Shown here one piece after another: positions 41,645-42,619 of a DNA stretch of 42,619 bases. This stretch comes from a virus. Below the pieces are notes generated by a model, which had not been told where the DNA came from, searched no databases, and worked only from the letters and a program-made list of their open reading frames with translations. The position numbers and the translations under genes were made by a program. The stretch lies in IMG/VR virus record IMGVR_UViG_3300022542_001157. One strand, written 5' to 3'. How positions within the stretch are numbered: the stretch's first letter is position 1; every line of letters starts with the position of its first letter.

Positions 41645-41723
41645 TGGTGGCGAGTGCTCTAACCAGCTGAGCTACCTCGCGTAAAAACCCAAGGGTGGTG
41701 ATCGAATGTCCACGTCTCTCGCC
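41645..41723 (-). ncRNA. tRNA-like element: canonical D-arm sequence enclosed by an acceptor-like stem and ending ACCA
   Basis: The minus strand reads GGCGAGA...GCGAGG-TA-GCTC-AGCTGGTTA-GAGC-A-CTCGCC-ACCA. No anticodon arm or standard T-arm. Confidence 0.3.
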
Positions 41724-41772
41724 ATCAACTTTCCCATTTATGTGCACTCTGGTCTGGGACGGACCATTAAAA

Positions 41773-42258
41773 TCAGCTTCTTTTTATTGCCGCTCGGGTA
41801 AAAGGATTCACTTTGAAAATATCATCTGGCACTACTTCACCTTTTTTGATCATCGCTTTTATCTGGGCTTTTAGTGTACTGGCGTTCAGAGTTTCCGAAA
41901 TTAAGGAACCCAAGCCCGCTTCACGAAAAAACTCGTAAGCATCTTCTTTCTTGCCCTTGATGATAGACGCCAACAAATCATCGGTTAAATACATGGTACC
42001 AATCCCTGCAATCGAAATTTTTTCGATCGAATCTTCATCCATTCTATCCGGAATGACCGACAATCTGAGGTTGTCAATTGACTTGTTCAAGGTTGTTGTG
42101 AATTCCTTGGCAATATCTTTGATCGCATTTAAGGAACTGAACAACTCAGCCAAGCTTTTAACATCCGATCTAGCCAACTTATCGGGGTCCATCGACGTTT
42201 CTTTGAATTCCTCGAACGCAACTCTTACATCATCTATCATTCCAGCCAATGCTGTCAT
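41773..42258 (-). CDS. Hypothetical protein, 161 aa
   Basis: ATG behind AAAAGGGGATTAGAA cassette variant. Confidence 0.7.
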   Translation of the reverse strand: MTALAGMIDDVRVAFEEFKETSMDPDKLARSDVKSLAELFSSLNAIKDIAKEFTTTLNKSIDNLRLSVIPDRMDEDSIEKISIAGIGTMYLTDDLLASIIKGKKEDAYEFFREAGLGSLISETLNASTLKAQIKAMIKKGEVVPDDIFKVNPFTRAAIKRS

Positions 42259-42276
42259 TTCTAATCCCCTTTTAAT

Positions 42277-42619
42277 TTATTTAAGTAAATTATTTGAAAT
42301 TGCCATGACAATTTCTTTTTCTTTTTTCCAAAATCTTAAAGCCCTTTTCCCGTCCATGGCAAGAATTTCTTTGTTTGTAAAATCCTGCCACTCTTTTGCG
42401 TGATGGACCTCACAACCGATTTTAATAAAACTATCAAAAATAATGCAATGGTAGTCACACCCGGTATACTGTGCTATTTTATTAGACCTGATTTTAAAAC
42501 CTTCCAAGTACGCGCCTTCCAAGTACGCGCCTCCCAAGTTCGCGCCTCTCAAGTTCGCGCCTTCCAAGTTCGCGCCTCCCAAGTTCGCGCCTTCCAAGTA
42601 CGCGCCTCCCAAGTTCGCG
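42277..42619 (-). CDS. Pentapeptide-repeat protein, C-terminal segment (continues from 214..1 across the junction)
   Basis: ...[31 protein letters not shown] followed by a 70-aa non-repeat Cys/His-containing domain. TAA at 42279..42277. Confidence 0.8.
   Translation of the reverse strand, partial: ANLGGAYLEGANLGGANLEGANLRGANLGGAYLEGAYLEGFKIRSNKIAQYTGCDYHCIIFDSFIKIGCEVHHAKEWQDFTNKEILAMDGKRALRFWKKEKEIVMAISNNLLK
42501..42619. repeat. 15-nt periodic coding repeat, right-end part of the same array as 1..144
   Basis: Eight units CTYYCAAGTWCGCGC. The last 38 nt equal the first 38 nt of the window. Confidence 0.9.

Overview
The window looks like a complete, circularly closed tailed-phage (siphovirus-type) genome of about 42.58 kb. 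The first 38 nt are identical to the last 38 nt. A minus-strand pentapeptide-repeat gene is in frame across the junction only if that overlap is collapsed.

Layout:
- Rightward late operon (plus strand, 7080..30186): terS; a terL split over two frames; a portal fused to a Mu-F-like domain; protease/scaffold; decoration protein; major capsid protein; a 4.6-kb glycosyltransferase/methyltransferase/M15-peptidase island; head-tail connectors; tail tube; tail chaperone with a canonical A_AAA_AAG -1 frameshift; tape measure; tail tip proteins; fibre; small membrane (lysis-type) proteins.
- Leftward early/replication genes (minus strand, 6369 down through the junction to 30161): AEP primase-polymerase, C5 DNA methyltransferase, SNF2 helicase, pentapeptide-repeat protein, UvrD-like helicase, family A polymerase, SSB-like proteins.
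- Also on the minus strand: a translationally coupled purZ-mazZ-datZ module. This is the hallmark of phages that replace adenine with 2-aminoadenine (Z-DNA base).

Structure not explained by genes:
1. An over-represented, strand-biased motif identical to the sigma54 -24/-12 consensus (TGGCAyG-N4-TTGCA). Three tandem copies plus one inverted copy lie in the divergent control region, and five more lie antisense to the early genes. No enhancer-binding protein is recognisable.
2. A duplicated about 91-nt consensus sigma70 promoter/operator cassette with covarying 5'-UTR hairpins, driving two short immediate-early units.
3. A near-invariant translation-initiation cassette, AAAGGAGATTAGAAATG.
4. Two tRNA-like minihelix elements flanking one gene.
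5. Several micro-ORFs below the ORF-track cutoff.

No integrase, repressor, rRNA or CRISPR array was seen. All functional calls rest on motif-level reading of the translations, not on database searches.
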